Assembly: GCA_963751275.1 (NCBI GenBank)
Contig: CAVVTZ010000007.1
Location: 64,001 to 128,000 of the forward strand
From: an uncultured Gemmatimonadaceae bacterium
Lineage (GTDB): Bacteria > Gemmatimonadota > Gemmatimonadetes > Gemmatimonadales > Gemmatimonadaceae
Reading direction: 5' to 3'
Length of the DNA: 64,000 bases
The position numbers and the translations under genes were made by a program. The notes under the pieces are model-generated. The model made no database searches. It worked only from the letters and a program-made list of their open reading frames with translations, and was not told the origin of the DNA. This document shows, one piece after another, positions 61,751 through 64,000 of the stretch (the first letter of the stretch is position 1; the number at the start of each line of letters is the position of its first letter).

Positions 61751-62101
61751 ATGGAAGTCCAGATCTTCGGCGTCAACAAGAGCGCTGACACACGCAAGGC
61801 ACTCCGCTTCTTCGCTGAACGACGGGTGAAGACACATTACGTGGACCTGACGAAGCGCGCGGCCGCCCTCGGTGAGCTGCGCCGGTTCGCGCAGAAATTC
61901 GGATTGACCGCGATGATCGACAAGGAATCGCGCCGGTATCAGGACCTCGGGTTGCAGCATTCGCGCTACTCGGATGACCACTGGCTGGGATTGCTGGCCG
62001 AAGAGCCCGGCTTGCTGCGGCTGCCGCTGGTGCGCCAACAACATCGCGTCACGATCGGCCTTGCCGAAGCGGAGTGGCAGCGCTGGCTCGATGAAGCCTG
62101 A
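61751..62101 (+). CDS. ArsC/Spx-like family protein (no Cys)
   Basis: IFG..KS..TRKALRFF...LLRLPLV. Confidence 0.75.
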   Translation: MEVQIFGVNKSADTRKALRFFAERRVKTHYVDLTKRAAALGELRRFAQKFGLTAMIDKESRRYQDLGLQHSRYSDDHWLGLLAEEPGLLRLPLVRQQHRVTIGLAEAEWQRWLDEA

Positions 62102-62104
62102 GTG

Positions 62105-62292
62105 GCGCGTGTAGCTACGAGTACCGCTCGAGGAGCGCGTATAGCAACTGAGCGTATAGTACCACTCGGCGTGAGTGAGGGACCAACGCAATGCATTCGC
62201 CACAGGCGCGCGTGAGGCCAACTCGCGCCGAGGCGTACTATACGCTCCGTTGCCAGACGCGCCCCGCAAGCGGTACTAGTGCCTACACACGC
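62105..62292. repeat. Long imperfect inverted repeat (72-bp arms, 44-nt spacer), REPIN-like
   Basis: 62105-62176 pairs without gaps to 62221-62292; by hand count, 59 of 72 positions are Watson-Crick pairs. Confidence 0.9.
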
Positions 62293-62303
62293 TGGTAGGA
62301 AGT

Positions 62304-63227
62304 TCAGAACTCGCCTACGAATTTGATCTCGGGCTCGAGCGTGAAGCCGAACTTCGCCTTCACGGCGTCCTGCGCGATGGCGATGAGTTCCCGCACGTCC
62401 CGCGCGGTCGCGTGGCCGAGGTTCACGATGATGTTCGCGTGCAGGTGGGAGATCTGCGCATCGCCCACGCGGCGTCCCTTGAGCCCGCACTGATCCACGA
62501 GACGGCCGGCGCCCGCGCCGTCGATCTTCTGGAAGATGGACCCGGCGCTCGGATGCCAATCGAGCCAGGGATGCCGCGCTCCGCGCCACGCGAGGTTCTC
62601 CTGGAGCACGCGATGCATCACCGCCGGATCGCCGCGCGTGAGCGCGAATTCCGCGCGCAGCACGATGTCATCGCGGTGATGGAACACGCTGTCATCATAG
62701 CCGAACCGTACATAGTCCTTTCCGACGGTCCGTCGCGCGCCCTCTGCGCTCAGGATGTCGCAGGACGCGAACACCTCCTCGATGAATACGGTCCGGTCGC
62801 GCGCCGGCGCGGGTGACAAGAAATGCAGGTTCTGCCAGATCGCGCCGCCAACGGTGCTCGGGATCCCCACGAAATGTTCCAAGCCCGACCATCCGCGCTC
62901 CACGGCCCCAAGGATCAGCTCGCGCATCACGGCGCCGCTCTCGGCGATCACGTGCCCATCGCCCTGCCAGTCGATCGCCGAGGCGGCGTTCCGGATGACG
63001 AGACCCCGTACGCCGCGGTCGCCCACCAGGATGTTCGCGCCGAGTCCGAGTATGAAGTACGGTGTGCCGGTCTCGCGCGCGGCCATCACCGTCGCGGCCA
63101 GGTCGTCGGCTGAAGAGGCTTCGTAATAGAGATCCGCGGCGCCGCCGATGCGGAACGTGGTGTGGGGTCCCAGCGGTTCATTGCGGCGCAGGCGCCGGGG
63201 GTCGAGTCGCGCCGCGAGCCCGGTCAC
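62304..63227 (-). CDS. murB: UDP-N-acetylenolpyruvoylglucosamine reductase
   Basis: HTTFRIGGAA, GLGANILV, GIPSTVGGA, PSAGSIF, HANIIVN, LEPE. Confidence 0.93.
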   Translation of the reverse strand: MTGLAARLDPRRLRRNEPLGPHTTFRIGGAADLYYEASSADDLAATVMAARETGTPYFILGLGANILVGDRGVRGLVIRNAASAIDWQGDGHVIAESGAVMRELILGAVERGWSGLEHFVGIPSTVGGAIWQNLHFLSPAPARDRTVFIEEVFASCDILSAEGARRTVGKDYVRFGYDDSVFHHRDDIVLRAEFALTRGDPAVMHRVLQENLAWRGARHPWLDWHPSAGSIFQKIDGAGAGRLVDQCGLKGRRVGDAQISHLHANIIVNLGHATARDVRELIAIAQDAVKAKFGFTLEPEIKFVGEF

Positions 63228-63916
63228 TTCTTGCGTTCCTTGCCCGGCGGATCCCGCTTCACCGGACGCGCGGCCACGGCCGGCGTCGCGCGGCGTGCGA
63301 GGACGCGCTGCACATCGGAGAGCGATCCACCCGCGGCGCGCAGCGCGACGAGCGCGTGATAGAGCAGGTCGGCAACCTCCTCAGTGGCGCGGGGCAGATC
63401 CCCATCGGCGCACGCGGAGATCAGCTCGCGCGCCTCCTCGCCCAGCTTGCGCAAGCGCAGATTCCGGTCCTCGAGCAGTTGCTCGGTGTAGCTCTCCGGC
63501 AGCGCCACCGCCGGCTTGTCGTCGTCCAGGCGATCGACCTCGGCGTTCGCGGCGCGGCCGGCGATGCTCGCATCGAGCGCGGAGAGCGCGTCGCCCATGG
63601 CTTCCGGCCCGACGAAACAGGACAGCGAACCGGTGTGGCACGCCGGCCCCTTCGGCACCACTCGCGCCAGCAGCACATCGCCATCGCAATCGGCCGCGAG
63701 CGACACGACGCGCTGGGTATGGCCGTTGCTCGCCCCTTTGTGCCACGCCCCGCGTGCCTCGGAGTAGTAGTGCATCTCGCCCGTCGACAGGGTGCGCTGC
63801 AACGCCTCACGGTCGAGTTGCGCGACCATGAGTACCATGCCGCTGGCCGCGTCCTGCGTCACGACCGTGACGACGCCGCCGTTCTTGTCGAAATCGAGCC
63901 CTGAGAGATCAAGCAT
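63224..63916 (-). CDS. hisIE: Bifunctional phosphoribosyl-AMP cyclohydrolase / phosphoribosyl-ATP pyrophosphatase
   Basis: DCDGD, ACHTG..SCF, SYT, KLGEE, EVADLLYH. Confidence 0.92.
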   Translation of the reverse strand: MLDLSGLDFDKNGGVVTVVTQDAASGMVLMVAQLDREALQRTLSTGEMHYYSEARGAWHKGASNGHTQRVVSLAADCDGDVLLARVVPKGPACHTGSLSCFVGPEAMGDALSALDASIAGRAANAEVDRLDDDKPAVALPESYTEQLLEDRNLRLRKLGEEARELISACADGDLPRATEEVADLLYHALVALRAAGGSLSDVQRVLARRATPAVAARPVKRDPPGKERKK

Positions 63917-64000
63917 ATTGGTACTGAATGATGGGACGAAACGGCTGCAATGCACAGCCCATCAGTCGCCGAACTCCTCTGCTACGAGACGCGCATCCAG

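Noticed and set aside
62105..62292. 6S RNA, SRP RNA or integron attC identity for the long hairpin
   Set aside because: No large central bubble, no SRP domain IV motif, and no RYYYAAC/GTTRRRY ends or extrahelical bases.

Overview
GC-rich (roughly 70% by eye) bacterial chromosome segment spanning the replication origin. Gene content and protein style suggest Gemmatimonadota (inference). It carries mnmE-yidC-yidD-rnpA-rpmH | dnaA-oriC-dnaN, followed by rnpB, pyrE and polA, then a nucleoside-type ABC operon, and parA-parB-M23-bactofilin next to a perfect parS and mnmG. Other genes include mutS, holA, ddl, murB, hisIE, queF, a queD-like gene, tRNA-Phe and a PQQ alcohol dehydrogenase with a porin. 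No CRISPR array, integrase or transposase was seen. Four genes (dnaA, a NUDIX hydrolase, an M16 peptidase and a YheT-like hydrolase) carry single-base indels that look like assembly errors. The most interesting unexplained signals are: (1) a recurrent AT-rich ~20-bp motif (core C-N-WWW-TGRTAC, followed by W-N-W-N-T) seen six times around the origin, three times inside coding sequence; (2) a gap-free inverted repeat with 72-bp arms and GTAG-hairpin (REP-like) ends between convergent genes; (3) a candidate ~95-nt three-hairpin sRNA with its own promoter and terminator; (4) an intact QueE homologue that has lost its radical-SAM cysteine motif.
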